Part shown: positions 19,322 to 28,256 of the stretch, in pieces
Position numbering within the stretch: the first letter of the stretch is position 1
How the letters are laid out: every line of letters starts with the position of its first letter
Assembly: GCA_963843575.1 (NCBI GenBank)
Contig: CAWJKZ010000014.1
Coordinates: 96,001-160,000, forward strand
DNA: 64,000 bases
From: an uncultured Acidobacteriota bacterium
GTDB taxonomy: Bacteria > Acidobacteriota > UBA6911
Direction: 5' to 3'
Made by a program: the position numbers and the translations under genes
Notes under the pieces: generated by a model
What the model saw: only the letters and a program-made list of their open reading frames with translations
What the model was told of the DNA's origin: nothing
Database searches by the model: none

Positions 19322-19789
19322 ATGGGATCAGGCGAAGGGCCGGGGTTTTTCACGTCCAGACTCGAGCGCGCGATCGGCTGGGCCCGGAAGTACTCTATCT
19401 TTCAGTATCCCTTCGTGACCGCCTGCTGCGGGATGGAGTACATGTCCACGGCATCGGGTCACTACGACATCGACCGGTTTGGGGCCGGCCTGCCCAGGTT
19501 CTCCCCGAGGCAGGCGGATGTTCTATTCGTGGTGGGCACGGTGAGTCACAAGATCGCACCCGTGCTGCGGCGCGTTTATGACCAGATGTGCGAACCCAAA
19601 TGGGTGGTCGCCTTTGGTGTGTGCACGTGCACCGGTGGTTTTTACGACAACTACGCCACGGTGCAGGGTATAGACACGATCATCCCGGTGGACATCTACA
19701 TCCCGGGGTGTCCTCCACGACCGGAGGCGGTTCTGGACGGGCTAATGAAGCTTCAGGCGAAGATCGAGAATCAGAAACAGGCGTGGTGA
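19322..19789 (+). CDS. nuoB: NADH-quinone oxidoreductase subunit B (copy 1)
   Basis: [35 protein letters not shown]. Confidence 0.95.
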   Translation: MGSGEGPGFFTSRLERAIGWARKYSIFQYPFVTACCGMEYMSTASGHYDIDRFGAGLPRFSPRQADVLFVVGTVSHKIAPVLRRVYDQMCEPKWVVAFGVCTCTGGFYDNYATVQGIDTIIPVDIYIPGCPPRPEAVLDGLMKLQAKIENQKQAW

Positions 19790-19826
19790 CCCGACGGCCG
19801 CTGTCGGCGGCGCGAGCGAGGGGTGC

Positions 19827-21168
19827 ATGGAGTCCGCAGAGACACGCAGGGAAACGAAGAACATGCTGCTCAACGTGGGTCCGTCGCACCCCGCGATGCA
19901 CGGCGTCATTCGCCTCGTCACGGAACTCGAGGGGGAGACTGTCGTAAAGGTGGAGGCCGAGATAGGGTATCTCCACCGCGCGTTCGAAAAGAGCTGCGAG
20001 AACTCCAGCTGGACGCAGGCCATCCCCTACACCGACCGGTTGAACTACGTCTCGCCGCTGATCAACAACTTCGGCTACTGTGCGGCGGTCGAGAAGCTCC
20101 TGGACATCCAGCCCACCGAGCGGTGCCAGTACATCCGGGTGGTGATGAGCGAGATTTCCCGCATCACCGACCACCTGACGTGCGTCGCGGCCTCCGCGAT
20201 GGAACTCGGGGCGATGACCGCGTTCCTGTACCTCATGAAAGCCCGCGAGTATCTCTACGAAATCGTGGAGGAGGTGACCGGCGCCCGTCTGACGATCTCT
20301 TACGGACGCATCGGCGGTGTCAAAGGCGGATCTGCCCGAGGGGATCGGTGACAGGCTCGAGGTTGCGCTGAAGAAGGTCGAGAAAGAGATCTCCGAGGTC
20401 GACCGGCTCCTTACCCGCAACCGGATCTTCGTCGAGCGCACACGAGACATCGGCGTCCTCACGCGCGAAAACGCCCTCGGCTATGCGGTGACGGGGCCGT
20501 TGGCCCGGGCTTCGGGCGTCAACTACGACGTGCGGAAGGCCTTCCCCTATTTTGCCTACGACCGCGTCGAATTCGAGGTTCCCCTGGGCGAGCGGGGAGA
20601 CAACTACGACCGATACCTGGTCCGTATGGAGGAGATGCGACAGAGCATCAGGATCATCCGCCAGGCGATGCGAGACATGCCGGGCGGCCCGATCAACGTC
20701 GATGCGGCGGGGAAGGTCGTGGATTCCTTCGACCTGGTCGACCAGGCCAAGATGGGGCGCACCGCGGGACTGGTGAACGTCATCAGCAGGGTCGAGCCTA
20801 CCCTGGAAGGGATGGAACGGCCGTACCACGACCGTGTGATGCCGGACGACAAGCGGGTCGTGCTGCCGAGCAAAGGGGACACGTACGGTAACATCGAAGG
20901 TTTGATGAACCACTTCAAGCTGGTCATGGACTATCACGGGATCCGTCCACCCTGCGGGGACACCTATTTCGCCGTAGAGGGGGCGAATGGGGAACTGGGC
21001 TTCTACGTCGTGAGCGACGGCCAGGACCGGCCGTACCGGGTCCGTGTCCGCCCCCCCTGTTTTTTCGGCATGGCCGCCCTCCACACCATGCTCGAGGGGT
21101 ATATGGTCGCCGACATCATCGCCACGTTCGGCTCGATTAACATGATCGCCGGCGAGTTGGACCGGTAG
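19827..21168 (+). CDS. nuoD: NADH-quinone oxidoreductase subunit D (copy 1); frameshift near 20330; internal insertion
   Basis: NVGPSHPAMHG, GYLHR, DRLNY, C-terminal GELDR; ORFs 19827..20351 and 20317..21168; no NiFe CxxC motifs. Confidence 0.93.
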
Positions 21169-21193
21169 TCGCGCCCGCGGGGGCAGTCCGCTG

Positions 21194-22222
21194 ATGTCGA
21201 TCCTGTCGCCACAATTCCGCAACCGCCTCGGCCTGCTGAAAAGCTATGTCCTGCGGCAGTCCCACGTGCGCGGGGGACCGCTCACCCTCGCTATCGAGAG
21301 CACTGCCAAGTGCAACCTCTTCTGCCCGATGTGTCCTAGGGAGAACATCTACTTCCCGGCGCGCGACATGGAACTCGGCCTCTTTCGCAAGATCATCGAC
21401 GAGAGCAAGGATTTCCTGGAGTTCGCGGTGCCTTACGGAGTCGGCGAACCGCTGCTGAATCCCGAGATCTACGACATGATCGGCTATTGCCGTGAGCTCG
21501 GGGTGCCGACGGGTATTTCCACCAATGCCACGACCCTCACCGAAGACGCCAGCCGCCGCCTCATCAAGGCGGGGCTCGATTACATCATCTTCGCGTTTGA
21601 CGGAGCCACCGCCGAGACCTACGAGAAATACCGCAAGGGTGGGGATTTCGAGCGGGTGCGCGCCAACATCCTCAACTTTCTGAAGGTGAAAAAGGAGTTG
21701 CAGTCGTCGATCTTCTGCATCATCCAGATGGTGCGGCTAAACGAGAACCGGCACGAGGTCCCTGCGCTGATCCGCATGTGGCGCGTCGAGGGCATCGACG
21801 AGGTGCGGATCAAAAAAGACGAAGTGCACAACGACGGGAGTGCCATCCCGGGTGACGATGGGGACCGGCCGCCGATGCGACACCCGTGCTACCTGTTGTG
21901 GCGCGGCCCGATGTATATTCACTATGACGGCACCGTGTTTCCCTGCTGCTACATATATCCGGAGGAACCGGTGGGCAACGTGCGGAAAAACACGATGTCG
22001 GAGATCTGGAACTCCGAACGCATGGTTAAGCTGCGGGAGGCGCACATCAAAGGGGACCTCCACGACTATCGGGCCTGCCGGAACTGCCCGGCGGCGCGGC
22101 CACGCCTGCCGGTCACCCTCGGCAGTTTTCTGATCAACACTCACACGGTGCGTAAGGCGATTCCGTTTTTCGAGCGTCTCGCACAACTGCGCAACATTTC
22201 GGTGTTCGAGACCCTGAAATAG
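21194..22222 (+). CDS. Radical SAM protein with SPASM/Twitch domain
   Basis: CNLFCPMC; GEPLLNP; C-terminal CYLLW...DGTVFPCC...EIWNS...CRNC. Confidence 0.92.
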   Translation: MSILSPQFRNRLGLLKSYVLRQSHVRGGPLTLAIESTAKCNLFCPMCPRENIYFPARDMELGLFRKIIDESKDFLEFAVPYGVGEPLLNPEIYDMIGYCRELGVPTGISTNATTLTEDASRRLIKAGLDYIIFAFDGATAETYEKYRKGGDFERVRANILNFLKVKKELQSSIFCIIQMVRLNENRHEVPALIRMWRVEGIDEVRIKKDEVHNDGSAIPGDDGDRPPMRHPCYLLWRGPMYIHYDGTVFPCCYIYPEEPVGNVRKNTMSEIWNSERMVKLREAHIKGDLHDYRACRNCPAARPRLPVTLGSFLINTHTVRKAIPFFERLAQLRNISVFETLK

Positions 22223-22276
22223 GGTACGAAGGTGCCGCCGCCGGGTGGGCGCCGGACAAACATCCCGAGGACGGAC

Positions 22277-22675
22277 ATGCCCCAGACGAACAAGATCTTC
22301 AGTCTTTCGGAAGCCAATGAAGTCGTACCCGAGGTCGCTGACCTGACGGCGGATACGGTGAGACAGCTGGACGAGGTGCGCCAGCGGCACCGGCTCGAGC
22401 CGGCGGAGGGGCTAAACCCGCTGCCGGAGGCGGTCCTGAAGGAAGTCGAAGGGCTGTTGCGCAGCTGGTCCGAGCGCGTCGTGGAGCTGGGGGCAAGCCC
22501 GAAAGGCTATTTCACCGTCGACTTCCAGTCCGTCGATCCCGAGCTGCTGTACTGCTGGTCCTACGGGGAAGAGAAGATAGCGTTCACCCACAAGGTGTGG
22601 GAAAATTTCAGTCACCGGCGCCCGCTGGCGTCCAGCCTGGACGAGACTGCGGACCATTTGAAGTGGATCAACTGA
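22277..22675 (+). CDS. DUF2203 family protein
   Basis: IFSLSEANEVVP...KG...VDF...YCWSYGEEKIAFTH...F..RRPL pattern. Confidence 0.8.
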   Translation: MPQTNKIFSLSEANEVVPEVADLTADTVRQLDEVRQRHRLEPAEGLNPLPEAVLKEVEGLLRSWSERVVELGASPKGYFTVDFQSVDPELLYCWSYGEEKIAFTHKVWENFSHRRPLASSLDETADHLKWIN

Positions 22676-22681
22676 ACTCAC

Positions 22682-23431
22682 GTGATAACTCTCAAATCGC
22701 GACGCGAGATTGACATAATGCGGCAGGCGAGCCGCATCGTCGGCGAGATCCTGCTGGAACTCAAGCAGCACTGCCACCCGGGCATCACAACGGACGAGCT
22801 CGACCGTATCGCTGACGAGCTTACCCGCAATAAAGGGGCGCAGTCCGCCTTCCGAGGATATCGAGGCTACCCACGCACGCTCTGCACCTCGATCAATCAA
22901 GAGGTGGTGCACGGAATCCCCGGGGACCGCGAACTGCTCGACGGGGACATCATCGGGCTCGATTTCGGCGTGACTTACGGCGGCTACTACGGCGACTCGG
23001 CGGTGACGGTGCCGATCGGGCGCATCGGTCCCGAGGTGGAGAAACTGCTGCGCGTGACTGAGGAGAGCCTGTATCTGGGGATCGAGCAGATGGTGCCGGG
23101 CAACCACCTGGCCGACATCTCGCGGGCGATCCAGGCACACGCCGAGTCGCACGGCTACTCCCTGGTCAAAGAATTCGGTGGCCATGGCATCGGCAGGCGC
23201 CTCCACGAAGACCCGATGGTTTTGAATTACGTCGTGAACGGCCGCGGCATCCGGCTGAAGCCCGGTCTAGTGCTTGCGATAGAGCCGATGGTCAACCTGG
23301 GCCGCGACAGCGTCCGCATCCTCGCGGACAACTGGACGGTTGTGACCGAGGACGGGAAACCGTCGGCCCACTTCGAGCATACGATCGCCATCACCGACAG
23401 TGGCCCCGAAATACTCAGCAAGGTGGAGTGA
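22682..23431 (+). CDS. map: Type I methionine aminopeptidase
   Basis: CTSINQEVVHGIP, YYGDSA, GHGIG, AIEPM, SAHFEHT. Confidence 0.97.
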   Translation: MITLKSRREIDIMRQASRIVGEILLELKQHCHPGITTDELDRIADELTRNKGAQSAFRGYRGYPRTLCTSINQEVVHGIPGDRELLDGDIIGLDFGVTYGGYYGDSAVTVPIGRIGPEVEKLLRVTEESLYLGIEQMVPGNHLADISRAIQAHAESHGYSLVKEFGGHGIGRRLHEDPMVLNYVVNGRGIRLKPGLVLAIEPMVNLGRDSVRILADNWTVVTEDGKPSAHFEHTIAITDSGPEILSKVE

Positions 23432-24306
23432 CTGTGGACAGGGGAGACCCGAACCTGCCCCTGGAAACGTTGGATGAGGGCGCGAGGCCGCGTCGAGCCG
23501 CCGCGGCTGGTGCGAGAGTGCTCGATACCATCCTCCCGTTCATGCGCTGCCCCGGCTGCGCGCGCGCACCACTCCGGCGCCGCGGCGACGGGGCGGGCTG
23601 CCCCGGTTGCGGCAAGACCTTTCCCATGCGCGACGGCATCCTCGACATGCTCGGCGAGGATGCCGTGGGGGTGATCACCCCTTTTCAGCGGGTGATGCAG
23701 ACCGGCCTGGTCGTTTCCATTTACGAAAACAGTTGGCGCCCAGCCGGCTACTTCCTCGCCAGTTCCCGGCCGTTTCGTGAGGAGGTGAAGACGATCCTGC
23801 GGCTCGCTGAACGGGCCGGCGGTGGCCGGGTCCTGGACCTGGCGTGCGGGACCGGCGTCTTCACGCGACCCCTCGCCCGCCGCTGGCCTGGCGTTGTGGT
23901 CGGCTTCGATTTGTCGCTGCCAATGCTGAGACGCGCCCGGCGACGGCTAGATCGTGAAGGCCTCGCCAACGTCGTTCTGATACGGGGAACCGTCTTTCGC
24001 CTCCCCTTCATCGCCGGCGCGTTCCCCTACGTCAACTGCTGCGGCGCGCTTCACCTGTTCGACAATCCCGATGAGGCCTTGGACGAAATTCGACGGGTGT
24101 CTGTCCCCGGCGCCCGGTTGTCGGTGCAGACGACGATCCGGCCTCTCCGCTCGGTCGGGATGGCCTACCTCCTGGAGCGTTTCATTCGGTTCGGTTTCTT
24201 CGAGGAAGCGGAGCTCCGGGAGAAGATGAGGGAGAAGGGATTTGCCCTTCTGGAAACGGAACGACACCGCATCAGTTTCACCTTCCTGGCCGAGCGGATT
24301 TCCTGA
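23428..24306 (+). CDS. Class I SAM-dependent methyltransferase with N-terminal Zn ribbon
   Basis: CPGC...CPGC-FPMRDGILD; VLDLACGTG; GALHLF. Confidence 0.88.
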   Translation: MTVDRGDPNLPLETLDEGARPRRAAAAGARVLDTILPFMRCPGCARAPLRRRGDGAGCPGCGKTFPMRDGILDMLGEDAVGVITPFQRVMQTGLVVSIYENSWRPAGYFLASSRPFREEVKTILRLAERAGGGRVLDLACGTGVFTRPLARRWPGVVVGFDLSLPMLRRARRRLDREGLANVVLIRGTVFRLPFIAGAFPYVNCCGALHLFDNPDEALDEIRRVSVPGARLSVQTTIRPLRSVGMAYLLERFIRFGFFEEAELREKMREKGFALLETERHRISFTFLAERIS

Positions 24307-24602
24307 ATCTCGTTGCTGACGGGAGTGTTATGATACTCGCGTGCCCCGTTCCGTGAGTGTGTGGCCGCCACCGGCGTCATGACGGGAGACCGAAGGGCGG
24401 ACCACGCGAGGGATACGCATACACGGCGCGGCGGGGACGGAAACAAACGTGGCAAGTCAATTAGAGGTCTGGGTGAGCCGCAGGACTCATGAGATTCCCG
24501 CAGCGGTGGGTTCGGACCCGGCCGGGTTTCCACCAGACAGCCGGCTGCCGGCGGAATCGGGGCGCGGCGATGAGAGAGGCCACAGCGTGGGGGAATGATG
24601 CC

Positions 24603-25565
24603 ATGCATATTCGAAAAACGAAGGAAGAGACCGAGCTGTTTTACGCTTATCTGCGCCAGAACGGTCTGAAGAAGACTCACCAGAAGGACTTGATACTCGA
24701 GACGTTTCTCACCACCGAAGGCCATCTGAGCGTCGAGGACATATACGCGCTGGTCAAGAAACGGGATAAGAAGGTCGGGATCGTCACCGTTTTCCGCACG
24801 CTCAAATCGCTGACGGCCTGCGGCATTGCCCGCGAGATCACCCTGGGGGACGGGTTGACCCGCTTCGAACACAGCTATCATCATCCCCATCATCATCACA
24901 TCGTCTGCACCGAGTGCCACAAAGCCATCGAGTTCGTCTCCCCTGAACTGGAACGGGTTCAGGGCGAAATTGTCGCCAAGTACCACTTTCAGCCCGTACA
25001 CCACCGTTTTCAGATCTACGGCGTATGCGAGGATTGCCGCGAGTGCCGCCCGGTTCCGGAGCACGTGATCAAGCACGACACCGAGAAGATATTCGCCCGC
25101 GACGCCCTGCGGATGGCCCTGGAGACTGCCCGGCGCGCTGCGGCGTTTTACCGGGACGCGGCGGAACGGAACCAGGACGCTGGGGGCCGCGTCCAGTTCC
25201 GGGGAATTGCGGAATCCACGTGGCGCCAGGTCGCCGCCCTGGAAACAGAGCTGGCCGAAGTGGAGAGTCAGGAACGTGGACTGGATCAGGCACCGATGTT
25301 CTTGCATTTCGATCCCGGGGATCTCGACAGGCTGGTTCCCGATCCGAGCCAGTACGCGGTCAACGGGGAGCTGACCCTTGACTCCAGGCGCGCTGCGGAA
25401 ATCGCGATGACGTTGCAGCGGCGCGCCGCGGGCTTTTTCCGCGAGTATGCTGACAAGTTCATGGAGAGTCACGGCAAACGGGTTTTCTTGCACTTCGCCG
25501 ACGAGGAGATGAAGCGCTGCGAGGAATTGGGCCGCGAGGCGGGCTCGGCCTTGGCCGTTGTATAG
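24603..25565 (+). CDS. Fur-family repressor fused to a rubrerythrin/ferritin-like domain
   Basis: Fur: GLKKTHQK, VGIVTVFRTL, HHHHIVCTEC, YGVCEDC. C-terminal two-fold helical repeat AL..A....AA.FY / ..F...ADEE. Confidence 0.85.
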   Translation: MHIRKTKEETELFYAYLRQNGLKKTHQKDLILETFLTTEGHLSVEDIYALVKKRDKKVGIVTVFRTLKSLTACGIAREITLGDGLTRFEHSYHHPHHHHIVCTECHKAIEFVSPELERVQGEIVAKYHFQPVHHRFQIYGVCEDCRECRPVPEHVIKHDTEKIFARDALRMALETARRAAAFYRDAAERNQDAGGRVQFRGIAESTWRQVAALETELAEVESQERGLDQAPMFLHFDPGDLDRLVPDPSQYAVNGELTLDSRRAAEIAMTLQRRAAGFFREYADKFMESHGKRVFLHFADEEMKRCEELGREAGSALAVV

Positions 25566-25608
25566 GTCGCTTGCGCCGATGGGGCGCTTTGGCTAGTATT
25601 TTGGAGCT

Positions 25609-26100
25609 ATGAATCAACGACCGCTCGGGCTGCTGGAACGACTTTACGTCTTCGAAGTGGCCAGCGGCTTGGCGCTGACCGCCAGACATTTCTTCTCGAA
25701 CTTCTCCCGTCACGTCGCTCGGAGCGTCGGGATCAGGGTGGGGAAGGGGGCGACGGTTACCTACGAGTACCCCGAAGAGCGTCGCCCCTACGCCCGAAGG
25801 CTGCGCACCCGGCATCGCCTGACCCGGCGCGAGGACGGTTCGCCCCGCTGCGTCGCCTGCATGATGTGCGAAACCGTGTGCCCGGCCCGCTGCATTCACA
25901 TCGTCGCGGCCGAGCACCCCGATCCCAATGTCGAGAAGGTGCCGAAGGTCTTCGACATCGATATCGGGGTCTGCGTGTTCTGCGGTTTCTGCGTGGAGGC
26001 CTGCCCGGAAGACGCCATCCGGATGGACTCGGGCATCGTGGAACTCGCCTCCTACACCCGAGAGGGAATGATCTATCGCATGGACCAGTTGCTCGGCTGA
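25609..26100 (+). CDS. nuoI: NADH-quinone oxidoreductase subunit I (copy 1)
   Basis: TYEYPEE; CVACMMCETVCP and CVFCGFCVEACP 2x[4Fe-4S]; GGAG RBS. Confidence 0.93.
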   Translation: MNQRPLGLLERLYVFEVASGLALTARHFFSNFSRHVARSVGIRVGKGATVTYEYPEERRPYARRLRTRHRLTRREDGSPRCVACMMCETVCPARCIHIVAAEHPDPNVEKVPKVFDIDIGVCVFCGFCVEACPEDAIRMDSGIVELASYTREGMIYRMDQLLG

Positions 26101-26141
26101 AGCCTCGGCCCCGGGCAGCACCACCCGAGAGAAATCCGCAC

Positions 26142-27224
26142 ATGTGGCCCCGTCGGAATCCCGGCACCCTCTTGTCAGCTTCGTCGCTCGTCCTGGTCCT
26201 GTTCGCCTGCGTGAGTTGTTCCGGGAAGAAGCCTGCCGAGGAGCCTAAAGTCGACGCCGCGAAGGGGCCGACGCCATTCAGACTCGTGTTTCCTCTGGGG
26301 CTGTCCCCCGACAGCGCAGTGATCCCTGCGGACAACCCCATGACCCTCGAAAAGCTGAAGCTCGGGAGACGGCTCTACTTCGAGAAGACCCTCTCCTCCG
26401 ACGGCACGCTCTCGTGCGCCAGCTGCCACATTCCGGAGAAGGGGTTCGCCGACCCGGAGCGATTCTCCAAGGGAGTGGGGGGCAGGAGGGGTACGCGGCA
26501 GGCTCCGACGGTCATCAATCGCATTTTCAGCGGCCGCCAGTTCTGGGATGGCCGCGCTGCCTCGCTCGAGGAGCAGGCAGCCGGTCCGGTGCAAAACCCG
26601 CTCGAAATGGGGATGCCTAATATGAAGGCCTTGGTCGAAAGGCTCAGGCGCGACCCCGGGTACGTCCGCATGTTCGAATCGGCTTTCCCCTCCGAGGGCG
26701 TGACCGAGGGGACGATCGCGAAGGCACTCGCCGCGTTCGAGCGCACCATCATGTCGGGCAACAGCCCATACGATCGGTTCATGGCCGGGGACAGGACGGC
26801 CATGAGCGAGTCCGCACAGCGGGGGCTGAAGCTGTTTCGTGACGAGAATCAGGGCAACTGCGAGACCTGCCATGTCTCGTTCAATTTCACCGATGAGAAC
26901 TACAACAACCTGGGGGTCGGGATGAGCGCCAAGAAGCCCGACCTGGGGAGATACCCCGTCACGAAGCTCGAAGGTCACCAGGGAGCCTTCAAGACCCCGA
27001 CGCTGCGCGAGATTGCCCGCACGGCGCCTTACATGCACGACGGGTCGGAAGAGACGCTCGAGCAGGTTATGGATTTGTACCAGCAGGGGGGCCACCCCAA
27101 CAGGTGGCTTTCGCCGAAAATGAAGCGCCTGCACCTCACCCCGCAAGAAAAGCAGGACATCCTGGAGTTCCTCGAGGCGCTCTCGGGGGAAGTGACTTGG
27201 TACGGCAAGGGCGAGCTGGAGTAG
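26142..27224 (+). CDS. Diheme cytochrome c peroxidase / MauG family lipoprotein
   Basis: Lipobox-like FACVSC; CASCH and CETCH; QFWDGRA; FKTPTLR..TAPYMHDGS. Confidence 0.92.
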   Translation: MWPRRNPGTLLSASSLVLVLFACVSCSGKKPAEEPKVDAAKGPTPFRLVFPLGLSPDSAVIPADNPMTLEKLKLGRRLYFEKTLSSDGTLSCASCHIPEKGFADPERFSKGVGGRRGTRQAPTVINRIFSGRQFWDGRAASLEEQAAGPVQNPLEMGMPNMKALVERLRRDPGYVRMFESAFPSEGVTEGTIAKALAAFERTIMSGNSPYDRFMAGDRTAMSESAQRGLKLFRDENQGNCETCHVSFNFTDENYNNLGVGMSAKKPDLGRYPVTKLEGHQGAFKTPTLREIARTAPYMHDGSEETLEQVMDLYQQGGHPNRWLSPKMKRLHLTPQEKQDILEFLEALSGEVTWYGKGELE

Positions 27225-27237
27225 TCGTCCCGGGGGG

Positions 27238-28062
27238 TCAGGCTCCCGGAGAGGTCTTCAGGAAGCGCAGGGACTCCTTGAGCGGCCGGACGTCGAGGTT
27301 CTTGCGAACGGCGATCAGCTCCGCCGCGATGCTCACCGCGATCTCTTCCGGTGTTTCCGATCCGATCTCAAGGCCTACGGGTGCGTGAACGCGCTCGAAC
27401 AGGGCGGGATCGATCCCCTGTTTTTCCAGCGCTTCGAACAGGAGCCTGTTCTTGCGCCGGCTCCCCAGGAGGCCGACGTACCGGGCCGGGGACTGCACGG
27501 CATAGCGAAGGCAGGCAAGGTCGAAACGGTGGCCCCGGGTGGCGATCAGGATGTAGGAGGAGTCGTTGACCGGCAGTTGGGCGAACGCCTCATCCCAGGG
27601 GGCGACGTAGAGTGCCGCGCCGGGAAAACGCTCGGCGTTGGCGTATTTGATGCGGTCGTCGATCACGGCCACCTTGAAGCCGAGGGTCTGGACGATGCCG
27701 GCGACGCACTGCCCGATGTGGCCGGCGCCGAATACAAAAAGCAAAGGGTCGGGCAGAATCGGTTCCACGTAGACCTCCATGGTGCCACCGCAGAGCAGGC
27801 CGCTCTCTTCCGCGTCGTCTTCGGTGAGGTCGAAGCTCAGGAGTGCAGCCTTACCGGAGCGCATCACGGTCGACGCCAAGCGGCAGACTTCGGCCTCGGT
27901 GCACCCGCCGCCGATGCTCCCGGACAGCCGCCCGTCTTCGAGGATCAGCATTTTCGCGGCGTCCTTGCGCGGGGTGGAACCCTTGCGCCCGATGATCGTC
28001 GCCAGCGCTGCCCTGCGCCCTTGCCTGCGCAAGTCCACTATCTGTTCGTATAGGTCCGGCAT
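27238..28062 (-). CDS. XdhC/CoxI family molybdoenzyme accessory protein
   Basis: GSTPR, GSIGGGCTE, CGG, FGAGHI, YVGLLGSRRK, PVGLEIGSETPEEIAVSI. Confidence 0.93.
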   Translation of the reverse strand: MPDLYEQIVDLRRQGRRAALATIIGRKGSTPRKDAAKMLILEDGRLSGSIGGGCTEAEVCRLASTVMRSGKAALLSFDLTEDDAEESGLLCGGTMEVYVEPILPDPLLFVFGAGHIGQCVAGIVQTLGFKVAVIDDRIKYANAERFPGAALYVAPWDEAFAQLPVNDSSYILIATRGHRFDLACLRYAVQSPARYVGLLGSRRKNRLLFEALEKQGIDPALFERVHAPVGLEIGSETPEEIAVSIAAELIAVRKNLDVRPLKESLRFLKTSPGA

Positions 28063-28134
28063 CGCCGGGATTATGCCTGTCGGCCCGGCCTCGGCGCAAG
28101 CGCGGCGTCCACGGGCCCGCGCCGGCAGGCTCGC

Positions 28135-28163
28135 TTGACTCTCCTGTTCACGGGGTATAACAT
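28135..28163 (+). promoter_or_regulatory. Putative sigma70 promoter of the 2-oxoacid dehydrogenase operon
   Basis: TTGACT-N17-TAACAT. Confidence 0.5.
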
Positions 28164-28256
28164 CAATTTTTTGTCCGACTTGCATGAATCCGGGCCGGGT
28201 TCGGCAATGCCCTCCGGCTGATCGACAAACGAAAACCCGAGCAAAGAAGGTGGACC

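Noticed and set aside
19827-21168. NuoB/NuoD pair as a group 4 [NiFe]-hydrogenase
   Set aside because: The large subunit lacks both Ni-binding CxxC motifs and ends GELDR, and the small subunit has the tandem CC of NuoB.
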